Origin: Leucoraja erinacea
Taxonomy: Eukaryota
DNA length: 64,000 bases
Direction: 5' to 3'
Assembly (NCBI RefSeq): GCF_028641065.1
Contig: NC_073399.1
Location: 19,654,001-19,718,000 of the forward strand
The position numbers and the translations under genes are program-made. Shown one piece after another: positions 11,875-23,892 of the stretch. Numbering within the stretch: position 1 is the stretch's first letter; every line of letters begins with the position of its first letter. A model generated the notes under the pieces. The model was given only the letters and a program-made list of their open reading frames with translations. It made no database searches and had not been told where the DNA came from.

Positions 11875-12186
11875 AGATGGTGTCATGGTCATACAGCACA
11901 TAGGTAGGCCCTTTGGCCCAACTAGCTTGTGCTGAACAACAATCACCTATTTATACCACAATACATTAGCGGAGGATTATTCGCCCCACATTCTCATCCA
12001 CTCCCACCACTGTCTATCTCCTACCTACACGGAAGACCAATTAATGTTGCAACCCACACTTATTTGGGATGTGGGAGGAAATTGGAGCACACGCAGGAAA
12101 ACCACATGTTCACAGGGAGAACCTGCAAACTCCACACAGACGGCACCCGAGGTCTGGATGGGACCCAGGCCGCTGGAGCAGCGAGA
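11875..12186 (-). mobile_element. V-SINE (HE1-like), degraded
   Basis: Homologous to 2771-3083. Confidence 0.75.
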
Positions 12187-12224
12187 TGATTCGGAAGGTG
12201 GTTTGCAGATGGACCGATATGTAC

Positions 12225-12328
12225 CTTAGACTTTTCATTATCTTCAAAGACTGTATTTTTGGAACGTGCGGTTGGTGAAGGAATCAGAGTTTTATCAATG
12301 GGGATCTGAGGATCTTGATGCAAAATAC
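12225..12328 (-). CDS. GGA3: GGA3 exon 6 (GILHQDPQIPIDKTLIPSPTARSKNTVFEDNEKSK)
   Basis: 104 nt, acceptor CAG, donor GTACAT; VHS-GAT linker. Confidence 0.95.
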
Positions 12329-13041
12329 CTGCAAGAGAAATAGTATTGGATTACGTAAATCTGTTTATCAGTCACCAAAGGGTTGAAACGCAGCTTCACA
12401 GATAAGCAACAGGGCTGGTACACAGCATCATAACGTGGCCTTGTGCCCAACTTCAGCCTCCCGTGGAGGTGATTTATTTGGGCTTTTTGGTCCAGTCCAC
12501 CTTAGCACAGATGCTGACGGACCCACTGTTAAAGGAGCGGGTGATACAATACAGACAACGGGCGGTTGAGGCAGTTCATGTCAAATCTACCATTGGTCTT
12601 CACGTCACGAGGATAGTGAGGGAAATCGTCAGACAAGGTTCCAGTATTGGATGGTTACACTTGTCAGCTGTGAATTGGACTGGAGACTTGGGCTGTTACG
12701 ATAAAGCATCTTTGGCTAAGGAACTTGATCCACGTAACATCTGAAAACCCATACTCCAATTGTATTGGAAAGAGGTGGTATCAAGGCCAGTGTGAGATCC
12801 ACCATGCGTGGGGAAGGAGGTACTCGAAGAGGCAGACTGATGGGTGGATTGTTTTCTCCTTTCACTGTTCACATTTGATCATAGAGACTCAAGATGCTCC
12901 TGCTCTTGAGGTGCTTGCAGATTTACCTGGTTTCCAAAGAATGCAGGGGGTTGGCCATTGTAATTGCACAGTAGGCCACCAGCGTAACGCACACATAAAA
13001 CGTGAACAATGTCAAAGAATTAATTTGAATACGCTCGATAC

Positions 13042-13165
13042 CTTGTTTCTTTAACATTTGATAAGCCTCTTTGACTTTGGTTTCCTCTGGGAGGGCGACT
13101 GTCCAGCTGAAGAGCAATTCAATGACTTTAGTCTTGACTTTTTCAGATACTCTGTCTCCCAAATA
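13042..13165 (-). CDS. GGA3: GGA3 exon 5 (YLGDRVSEKVKTKVIELLFSWTVALPEETKVKEAYQMLKKQ)
   Basis: 124 nt, acceptor TAG, donor GTATCG. Confidence 0.96.
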
Positions 13166-14281
13166 CTAGAAAGAGAAATTAAAATGAAAAGAGATGAAGA
13201 TTAAATACTTGCAAACTATTTAGGTTTAGGCCAAGACCTCACCATTCATTTGGATCATAACTGATTTGTTCCAGAACATAGAACAGCACAGGAATGGGCC
13301 TTTCGGCCCCCAATGATTGTGCCAAACATGACGCCTAGTTAAACTGATGTCATCTGGCTATACATGATCCATATCCCTCTATTCCCTGCACTCACATGTA
13401 TGTGCCTATCTCTAAGCCTCTGAAACGGCACTATTGCATCTGCCTCCACCACCTGCCTTCACCCCTGGCAATGCATTCAAGGCCCCCACCACTATCTTTT
13501 AAAAAAAAATCCGTGCCTCACACATCTACATTAAACTTTCCCTGCCTCATTTTACTGCAATACCCTCTAGATTTGGGACATTTCCCCCCTACATTAAGCA
13601 GGTGACTATTTGTTCTATAAGTGTTTCCAACAAAATCTTTCTTGGTTTTGAAAGGTCCAACAACCCACCTGAATGGGTATTCTGCCAATGCCTTTCCCAT
13701 CTAGAGGAACAAATGAGGTAAACACGTGGGAAGTTTCAGCAACTCCATGCTTCTTCCTTGCATCATACCACTTAATCCGGAAGTATAACGAACACTGCTC
13801 TAAAGTGCGATAGAACTTACCTTGATGAATGCAGTTTCAAAAACTCAAATAACTCAACACCATTTATGACAAAGCCAGTTTTGACGTACCTCCTCAGCCA
13901 CAAGAATCATTCATTCCCTCTAACACTGATACACTTTGTTTGCAGTCTGTACCAGCTAAAGGTACGTTACCACAATTCGCAAAGGCTTCCCTGACAGTAC
14001 CTCCCAAACCCCTGCCTTTTACCATCTGGAAGGATAAGGAAGGAAACTTCAGCAACCCCTTCCTTAATACCTCTTGACCTGGAAGTATATTACCAATTAT
14101 GTCAAAATACTGGATATCCACAGCTTATGGGAATGAACACCATCACAGCAGTTCATTGTCCCTTCATTTAGAGAGACACAAGAAAATGCTGGCCCTTGAG
14201 GTTAAAACACACTTTGCTGCTCTCTGACTGCTCAAACCTCACAGCTGAGGGTCCTGGGGAAACAAACGGATGGAAACCCAC

Positions 14282-14380
14282 CTTCGGAGATACCACTTTG
14301 ATTAGTTCATTCAGGAATCGGAATTTCCCAACTTCATTGTGAAATCTCTGTCCACAGTTCTTCATAGAAGCTTCCAAGAC
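14282..14380 (-). CDS. GGA3: GGA3 exon 4 (VLEASMKNCGQRFHNEVGKFRFLNELIKVVSPK), VHS
   Basis: 99 nt, phase 0/0, acceptor TAG, donor GTGGGT. Confidence 0.96.
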
Positions 14381-15643
14381 CTACGTTCAACAAAACATTG
14401 ATATTAGCATTGCATTACACATCACTGAAACATGCAGGATTCTGAGGGGAATTAACAGGGCAGGTACTGAGATCATACGTCCCCCAAGATCCAAAATTAA
14501 AAGTCAAAGTTTCAGAATGTGGAAATTGTCCATTTCAGATGGCGATGAGGAGGAATTTTCTGTCCCAGAGAAGCGTGGCCCTTCAAAAATCTCTATTCCA
14601 GAGGTATACAGGCAGAATCATTGAATATATTCGAGGTGAGATTGTATATATTCAAGGAGAGACATTTAAACAACATAGGGGTCAAGAGGGTTGGAGAGTA
14701 AACTCCTTGGAAAGTGGTGCTGATAGTAAGATTGGATCAAAGTGATTTTATTGAAGCAGGTTTGAGGAGCTACCCAGCCTTCTCCTGTTCCTGCTGTCCC
14801 TTATAGCACAAAACACAAATTACACAACATCAACTACTGCTCGGCTTTCAATACGTTTTCAGTATTGAAAATGGAAAACACGTTGCAACACTAAGGTGCC
14901 AGTGCCTGTACCTGTGGTGCTGCCATAAGGTCTTGCGCTTGTCCCTCTATTGAAACAGAGTGCTGGTTATGACAAGATTGTGCTGCAAGCACTTTGTCCA
15001 GAGTGCAACCCCAGTGGGATTAGTTTTCCCCACACCTTCCTAAGCCATCACGCCATACTACCTGATTGCATCACCTCCCACCCTGGCGAATCAATGGTCT
15101 ACGGCTGGGGTGTGAATAGGTTTGAAAAATAAGTCCTGCTCGACTCCTCCAAGGTCTCCAGGGTTGAGTGAGTGCATTGAGAACTAGCGTGCTGGTTGCA
15201 AAGGATCACAAAGCAGGATGAGTTGCTGAGACACAGGACTAGCTGTTCCTGGCTTGATTCTACGGAAGGTTCTGTACCCACTGCCTTATTTATTCATTCA
15301 ACTGACGCTCATCATATAGTGATGTTGATTTCAAAGTGCCCGAGTTCCTGAGGGATGGAAGCAGAGCAGGGTTCACCGTTTGGATTGTCCGCATGTGCCC
15401 AGACATTCCAGATCTTGCACTTCACAAAGTGAAATGGGTGCTGTCTATGAAGTTACAGTACACCAGCTACACCAGACTCCACAGAGCAAGGTCTTGATCC
15501 TGTGACGTGGGGGCCCAGAATGACCAGTCCAATCTCTACCCTATGCTCATGCACTTTTGGGCACAATCCTCCTCCTCCCGATCCTAACATGAAAACCCAA
15601 TGGATTAGTGACATACAGACAACACGCACGACTCTGTACTCAC

Positions 15644-15719
15644 GGTGAGGGCTTGTACTGCCTCCCACTCCTGTGGAGACTGGATTTTATGAGCCAGCAG
15701 CCTGACAGCAATCTGTGGC
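15644..15719 (-). CDS. GGA3: GGA3 exon 3 (PQIAVRLLAHKIQSPQEWEAVQALT), VHS
   Basis: 76 nt, acceptor CAG, donor GTGAGT, frame maintained. Confidence 0.96.
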
Positions 15720-16469
15720 CTGAGGAAAGGTTAAAGGGCCACAGTTAGGAAAAAAAAACCTTTTCACTGCTGGAACCACAGCAGGAATTTATCATGAGAC
15801 AAGGAGAATCTATCTGCATGGGGCAGTGTTAAAGATGCCCAGGTAAAAGATGAAAATCCAACCTGCTGCAGACAAGGCAATTGCCCCATCCCAGGGTAAA
15901 CAAGGGGATTCCCCCATAGGACTGACCCACTGATTTTGACCCCATGTACCAGAACAGATAGGGCAACTTGTATCTCCTCCCTTCCCCACTCAGGCACAGA
16001 TGGGGTGATATTCTCTCATTCCATAAATGGATGTAAATCAATTTAATGACCCCTGGTCAAAATTATGGAGGGGCATTGCTTATTCGTAGTTGTTCCTGTT
16101 CTAGACAGGCACGGTCACGTGCCACACATTCTAAAACCTGGGGCATAAGTTAAGGGAAGCACTGACATGTTCATTCTGTATCATTTAGTTCAAGCCACGG
16201 AAAGAGCAACTTCACCAATTTATCACCATTTACAAAATTTGAATAGTTTAGAATTTGCTCTAGGAATTGCCACTGCTCCTCAGTACGAGTGCCAGGATGC
16301 CCGGGACAATTGCACAAATGTAGTAGGAGCCTGGTATCTCACTGCTTTGCCCCTGGATGGTCTCAGAAAACTGGATTCCTTTTTAAGGTGCAGTCTGGAC
16401 AATTTAACAATACCATGTTTCAGTGGTAAATGTGTATGGCAGGTCCAGTTGCCAAGGACTGGGTCAAAT

Positions 16470-18150
16470 TATAGAAGATAGGATAATACAGCGCAGGAAC
16501 GGACCCTTCGGCCCACAATGGCTGGCCCCTTTCATGTTCATGCCAAACATAAATGCGAAGCTAAACTAATCCCCTCTGCCTGCATGTTATTCATATCCCT
16601 CTATTCCCTGCATATCCACATGCCTACAGTATCTAAGAGCCTCTTAAACATCACTATTGTGTCTACTCCCACCATGACCTATGACAGCTTCTTCCAGAAG
16701 AATACTGGTCCCGCACATCTCCTTTAAACTTTCCTCCTCTGATCTTAAAGCTGTCTTCTAGTCCTTGACATTTCCACCCTGGGGAAAAAAGGTTCTGATT
16801 GTCTACCCTATGTCTCTCCTAAATTTGTATACTTCCATCAGGTCTCCCTTCAACCTCCCTTTACAGCTAATGCCCTCTATTCCAGGCTGTATTCTGTTAA
16901 ACATCTTCTGCAACTTCTCCAAAGCCTCTACATCCTTCCTGTAATGGGGTGACCAAAATCACACACAATACTCATTCCCCCGTCCGGTGAAGACAAGCAT
17001 ACTTTTCGCCTTCTTTACCACACTTTCTACAAATGTTGTCACTTTCAAGGAGCCATGGACTTAGACCCCAAGTCTATACTTTCCACTTGCATTCAGCCTT
17101 CCAAAGAGCAACATCTCACACTTGCTCCGATCCATCTGCTATTTCTCTACCCGCATCTATAACGGATCTAAATCCATTATGTCCTTTCACAATCTTCCTC
17201 ACTGTCCACAACTCCAACTTTAGTGTCGCTGCAGACTTCCTAACCAACACATCTAAATTTAACTCTAAATCTTAATCATTTGTGTACATCACAAACACGA
17301 GCATAGAACTATGAAGAACACCACTGGTCAGTCCTGCCCCTTTCCCTCATTATTCTTTGTTTTCTGTGGGTAAGTTAATTCTGATTTCAAACTATCAAGT
17401 CACGGTGGATCCCATGCATCCTAATCTCCTGGATCAGCCTGCCATGAGAGACTTTTCTCAAATGCTGGTATACATCATCTGATGCCCTGCTCTTAAATGT
17501 CATCTCATCTCCTCAAAAAACTCAATCAACTTAAAGCCCTGTCCCACGGTACGAGTTCATTCCAAGGGTTCTCCCGAGTTTGCCCTGTTTCAAACTCGGA
17601 GATTTACGGTAATGGCAACTCGTCGGTACTCGGGGCTCTCGTGGACATTTTTCAACATGTTGAAAATTCTTCACAAGTCTTCCTGTGCTTATCTGCCGTT
17701 AGCGAGTCTTCCCGAGTACCTGCCGTTAGCGCTAAGAGACGTCCCCGAGCTCCGACGTACCCGCTACGTTCATTCTCTGTACTTACCGCGAGTTTGATTT
17801 TTTTTAAAAACTCGGGACAGCTCTTGAAATGAACTCATACGGTGGGACAGGGCTTTTAGTAAAACATGACCTGCCCTGGACGAAGCCGCAATTGTTCATA
17901 ATTATCTCATTCTCTTCCTAATGCAAGTAAAACCTATCCTGAAGAATCCTCTCCAATAGCTTCTCTCCCATTGATGCAAGGCTCATAGTCCTACAATTTC
18001 CTAGATTATTTCTACTTTCCTTTTGAACAAAGGAACAACTACTCTCCAATCCGCCAGGACCCCACCTGTGGCCTGAGAATATACAAAGATGTTTTCAAGC
18101 CCCCCCCCACAATCTCTTTTCTTGACACCCTCAATAGATCCCATTAGGCC
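16470..18150 (-). mobile_element. Degraded CR1 fragment interrupted by a MITE
   Basis: Antisense CR1 3' tail and RT-like sequence. Confidence 0.7.
17534..17855. mobile_element. PIF/Harbinger-type MITE (322 bp)
   Basis: About 48-bp TIRs AAGCCCTGTCCCAC...; TTA duplicated at 17531-17533 and 17856-17858; removal restores the host CR1 sequence. Confidence 0.88.
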
Positions 18151-19170
18151 CTGGAGATATGGGTGGATCAGTTAAAGAACAGAAAACAAAGCAGGATAAA
18201 CAGATTGTTTTCAGTTTGCAGGTAGCAAAACATCATAATGAGCAGAACCGAGCTTCAACTATTTACAATCTACAGTATATTAATGACCGAGATGGAAGGC
18301 AGGTATGGTGTAAACAAAGAGGCTGCAAGTAGCAGAGAAGCCAGAAAAATAGATGTTCAGAAAAAAAGCAAAATTAGCCAGCTTGGTAAAAAGAATGCAA
18401 AGTAAAATGGGAAAAACAGGCTGCAGTGAGTTTGCAGCAGAACACCAACCAGGCAGAGCTTTTGTGAAACCACACATGGGACACACTGTACCATTTTAGT
18501 GTCTGTACACAAAGATGTATAAACTTGCTCTAGAGGTGGTGAGGCACAGATTGCTTGCTTCCTGGGATGAGGGAAGTTAATTTACAAAGAGAGATTGAGT
18601 GAGATGGGCTCATACTAACTGGAGAACAACTTATTCAAGAGAAGAACAAGAGGTAACCTCACTGAAACATCAGAGGGATTGACAAGGTAGTTGCTTTCTC
18701 CAGAATCTGGGGGGCACAGTCATGGCATAGGATCCAAACTCTCTTCTACAAATAGCAGCCATTGTGACATCAATTTGAGAAAGACTGAGGAAAATATATT
18801 TAGTCAGATGGCTGTTTTGCACTCTCTAACTTGAGGGCCATACATTGTTTGTTTCAATGCTAGGATCAACAGCTTTTCTTTGAAATCAGGAAACACAAGG
18901 AACATACAAAAACAGGAACTTGAAGCAGAATTCTTCCATAACCTAATGTAAAGAGAGCAGGCTTGGTGGTGGTGAAGATGATGTGACCTACTCCTGTTGC
19001 ATTTTTTCTAATCCAATGCCAACTAGATAATAATCATTTTCCTTTGTTCTTCTGTTAATTTTTACCAGTCCTAAATATCAGGAGAAAGGCAACTTTTAGC
19101 CCAAATAACGAATAGAATCTTCGGATCAGTATACTGTATATAAGTGCAACATATACATTTATTTACATAC

Positions 19171-19255
19171 CCTTCCAGCTCCTTATTGACCTGGTCACAG
19201 AAGCCAATGATGTACTCCCAATCTTCCTGCCGATTTGCAGGATTAGTGGCTTTAT
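19171..19255 (-). CDS. GGA3: GGA3 exon 2 (NKATNPANRQEDWEYIIGFCDQVNKELEG), VHS
   Basis: 85 nt, acceptor TAG, donor GTATGT, in phase with exon 1. Confidence 0.96.
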
Positions 19256-21019
19256 CTACAGGTGGGTAAAATACACAGTCAGTTACAATACTCTGGACAA
19301 CCTAACCTCACAAGTACTGGACAACTAACAGAGACAAATATTGTTGTCACACATTGTTAAACCCACACTGAAGCTCTTTCCACAGATGCCTCTTCCCTGT
19401 ACCTGGAGAGGACAACAGCTTGGCGAAGCCAAAACCTGTGGGTGTTGGAAACATGAGATTGGAATAGCAGGTGGTCCCCAGTGGATTAGACTGCATGAAG
19501 TAATTGTTGTCATTTAGCCATTTTTTCAGGATGAGGACATGTCTGACATTTATTGCTCAGCCTCGAGAGGGGGCATTGAACCGTTTCTTAAATTGCTGCA
19601 ATTCCTTTGGCAAAACTACTCCCTTAGTGTTAATGGAGGAGATGCTCCAGCATTTAAACCCCGCCAGGAGGAAGGAATTTCCAAGTCACTAGTGGTGTGT
19701 GATTTGGAGAGGGACCCGTAGATGGTGGCGTTACCAACAACATGCTGTCCCTGCCCCTTTCGGGGTAGAGGTTATGGGGTTGAGAGGTATGGAGTACTCC
19801 ATGAGTATTTGCAGTACATTATGTAAATGGCCCACAATAGAGCTGGTGAAGTTAAATATAATTTAAAATTCTGTTTTCAGTAATGGAAGCAACTGTTTTG
19901 TCATAAACCAAGCTTCTCTGAATCCCACAGGGGAAGGATACGCTGCCTCTATCCATAAACCAACCTGCTTCTCTGACATCCCCACAGGGGAAGGAATACG
20001 CTCCCCTCCATTGAGTCTGTCCAAAGCAATCCACTCATCAGCATCGCCAAGGATGCTGACTCCAGACCTGAGTAATACCATCCGGGAGACAGGTTCTCCG
20101 TTGCCGCCCAGCATCGAGTAATCTATAAAGCCATTCTGTTGTAACTCGATGACCTCCATGTTATTAAATTTTTTTTTCAAATCGATGTCGCTAAAGATGA
20201 GCAACTGTACTGTACACTGACAATGACAATTAAAATTGAATCTGAATCTGAAATTGTAACAAATCCTCAATGTTAAAATATTTTTTTTACGAGAATAAAA
20301 CTGAGCAAACTCATTAAGGCATCAGATAAAACAGCAGAAAATTCACCCTGATCAAGTTAAGAGAACACCACCATCTCCAAGTCACACACCACCCTCATTC
20401 CTTCCTCATCGGTAAACGTTAATCCCCAAATTCCCTTACCGACCATATCGCTTTGCCAGTAATAACCTCATTTCGTATCGCAAGCTCTTCCTCACAAACA
20501 TCTCAGGAATGGTGTTAAATTGGAGGGACGAATCAGCCTAAAGCAGTTGGTTTGCAAAACCGTATCAGCAGCCGACATCCTGAACTCCTCCTCACTACTG
20601 CAGGTACTCATTCAATGCCCGTGTACTGCTTCAGATATCCACTTGTCTCCCTACATGTACTGACACCTTCTTCTCCCCATACATTCCCTAATATTCTATT
20701 CTAAATATTCACTTGCCTCCCTGTATACTGTAAAAGCACTCACCTCTCTGTGTTATTACTGCAGGTATCCTCTTATCTTCTCTATATTATCTGTGCAGAT
20801 ATTCCTGTCTTCTCTTTATCAATCGTTAACATTTTCTCAAGCCTCCTTCATTACTTTAAATGAACCTGCTCTATCATTGTAGTAATCTTTTTTTTAAACT
20901 TGTTTATAGGATGTGTATATTTATTAACCTTCCTTAAATTCCTCTTCATATGGTAGTTAAGTAATTGGCAGGTCCAGAGTTGTATATGGAAATCCAGATA
21001 GATTTCAACAGGAAGTCCA

Positions 21020-21575
21020 TTGTTTCAAGAGTCAAGAGTGTTTTATTATCATATGTCCCAAACAGAACAATGGAATTCTTACTTGCATTCGCACTCTGTA
21101 AACACAGTAATAATACTGTAAAAAATAATAATTGTGCAAAGACAAAAACAATGCCCCAAAGTCAATGTAGTTCAAAGCATACATTTCATAATCTGATGGT
21201 TGTTGGGAAGAAGTTACTCCTGAACCTGGACATTAGCATTTTCAGGCTCCTACATATCCTATCATGTCAGGAGTGAAATGAGAGTGTGGCCAGGGTGGTG
21301 TGGGTCTCTGATGATGCTGGCTGCCATTTTGAGGCAGCGACTCCTGTAGATCCCTTTGATGGTGGGGAGATCAGTACCCGAGACTGACTGGGAAGTGTTC
21401 ACGACTTTTTGCAATCTGTGTTCCTGGGCGTTCGAGTTGCCAAACCGGGCCATGATGCAACCAGTCAATATACTCTCTACTGTACACTTGTAGAAGTTCA
21501 AGAGAGTATTCATGGACATACTGAATCTCCTCAGTCTTTAGAGGAAGTAGAGGCGTTGATGGACTTTCTTTATGA
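21020..21575 (-). mobile_element. Rex1/Babar-type LINE 3' fragment
   Basis: LNFYKCTVESILTGCIMARFGN...IIRDPHHPGH. Confidence 0.8.
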
Positions 21576-21705
21576 TTGTAATCATAAAGAAACCTCCTGT
21601 TGTTCTCCCCCCCCCACACACCTTCCATACACAGCGATTCCCACATATCGGGTCCCCATTGTTCTCCCCCCACGCTGGGTCCTCCATTGTTCTTCGCCCC
21701 CTTCA

Positions 21706-22080
21706 TGGGAGGGTCGGGGTCGGGAGGGGGGGGGGGGTCTCCCTGTCCGTCTGTTCCTGGGACTGGCCAAGACGGCCATTTGCGGGTCCAGGTAGCGGGA
21801 GTCGACGGCTGCACCGGGGTTGGCTGCCCGCCCCTTTTCCGGGCCTACGTCCATGCCCGCATATCCCTCGAGAGGGAACACGCAGTGTCCACGGAGACTT
21901 TGGAGGCCTTCCGTGAACGCTGGTCGCCGCGGGAGGGCGAGTGTTTTGTTGATAAACTATATTTATTTGATGATCGTTTGTTTGTAAACTGTCAACATAG
22001 GCCGTCTTTAATTGTGTTAATACTTTGTATGCTTACTTTTATTTTTTGAATAAAAGTATTTGTATAATAATTTTTAAAAA
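21706..22080 (+). mobile_element. Tx1/L1-clade LINE 3' end
   Basis: GLAKTAICGSR...LFRAYVHARISLEREHAVSTETLEAFRERWSP; AATAAA at 22049 and an A-rich end. Confidence 0.7.
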
Positions 22081-22129
22081 TGGTTGTCCCCCCCCATGTC
22101 GGGTCCTCCATTGTTCTCCCCCCACCTCC

Positions 22130-22685
22130 CTCACGATGCAACACCTGCCCCTATACCTCCTTCCTCGACACTGTCCAGGGACCCAGACAGTCCTTTCAGA
22201 TTAGGCATGGGTTCACCTGCACCTCCTCTAACCTCATCTACTGTATCCGTTCAAGATGTGGACGTTGGCAAGACCAAAAGTAGACTTGCCGATCGTTTCG
22301 CGGAACACCTGCTGAACGCCCGCCTGAACCAACCCGATCTCCTGGTTGCCGGACACTTTATTTCTCCTTCCCATTCCTACACAGACCTTTCTGTCCTAGG
22401 TCTCCTCCATTGTCAGAGTGAGATAAAATGCAAATTGGAAAGTCGTATTAGCTTCTCGTTTTCACCCTACAAACAGCTAACAATGGCCTGTTTCCTTTAT
22501 CATTGTCACTTTTTTGCATATCTTTTATTCATTGTTCTTTATCTCTCCATATTATTGGCTGTATTTCTGGTTTCCACTATCCCTAACCAGTGTGAAGAAG
22601 GGTCTCGATCCAAAACGTCACCCATTCCTTCTCTCCAGAGATGCTGCCTGTCCCGCTGAGTTACTCCAGCTTTTTGTGTCTATCT
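22130..22685 (+). mobile_element. Penelope-like 3' end: GIY-YIG endonuclease remnant plus hammerhead-like module
   Basis: FTCTSSNLIYCI...GKTKSRLADRFAEHL...LSVLGLLHCQSE; then GTGAAGAAGGGTCTCGATCCAAAACGTC at 22592-22619. Confidence 0.85.
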
Positions 22686-23647
22686 GTGGTGCAATAGTTC
22701 AAGACTGTTCATTGTTCTGGTAATTCAATGACAACTGCAGTTATGCCTCAATTATTAATACAGGCAAATGTGTTTTTGTTTTCTTAAATGCTGCTACTTA
22801 ATCTCAACTCATTGAGTAAGAGCATCAATTGATGCGGCTGAGGGATGGGGCCAACAAATATATGCACTACAGATCTACTCTCCATAGCAAAAGATGGAAC
22901 CATCCGCACGGACATCAGGCTTTAACATTAATGATCCAGTTACCTGAAACAATGTTTACTCCCCAATATCTGATAGCAAATGAATGGGTGCATTTTCTAA
23001 CATGAACTGGAGAATAATTTTGACCGAATCCAGTCACCCTAATCAATCCACAACACCAACCTGTAGCCCTGAAAAATGCTACAAGTATTTATTTGTTCCA
23101 AGCAATAAGCTTAAAAATAACTGTTGTGTGCAAAATGTTTTTTTTCTCTCATGTCCCTAGTGTCTTTTGCCCTCAGGGTACATATACGTGAAGCTTTGTT
23201 ATCGTGTGCGTGGGCTTTAGTTTATGGAACAGCTTCCCTCTATTTATCCTTTCTAAATGGTCATTATCTTGTACATCTCAACAAATGATCCCAACCTCTC
23301 CAGGTGAACATTAAAGCACCCATAACAGCATTGCAGAAAATCTCCTCTGCACCCTCTCAAGGATCATCACCTGCTTCCTGGGGATCGGAACTGGACACAA
23401 TATCCCGGTTCTGAGCAAACCACAGGCTTTAGAAAGGCTCAATATAACCTCCCTGTTTATGACACATTGCTTATATATATACCAAAGCTTTATGCATATG
23501 TATCCTGAGGTCCATCTGTTTTTTTCAAAACAGTAATATATTCCGTCCTTCTTCTTCTGGACAAAGTGCATCACTTAATGCTTCCCCAAATTAAATCTTA
23601 CCTGCCACACCTGCCCAAACTCCCAGTTTATGTTGTCTTCTGATCTG

Positions 23648-23892
23648 AGGAATGGGTGACGTTTCGTGTTGTGACCCTTCTTCAGACCGGTAAGAGAACT
23701 GGGAAGATGGAGGGGAAGGAGAGAGAGGGAAAGCAAGGGCTACTTGAAGTTAGAGAAGCCAATGTTCATACTGCTGTGGTGTAAGCTACCCAAGCGAAAC
23801 ATGAGGTGCTGTTCTTTCTGAGGCTCTGACCTTTCTGTCCTGGGCTTCCTCCATTGACTATGTGGGAATGGGAGTGGAAGTTAAAGTGTTGG
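23648..23892 (-). mobile_element. Penelope-like 3' fragment with hammerhead-like motif
   Basis: Motif at 23658-23685 on the minus strand plus an endonuclease C-terminal remnant. Confidence 0.75.
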
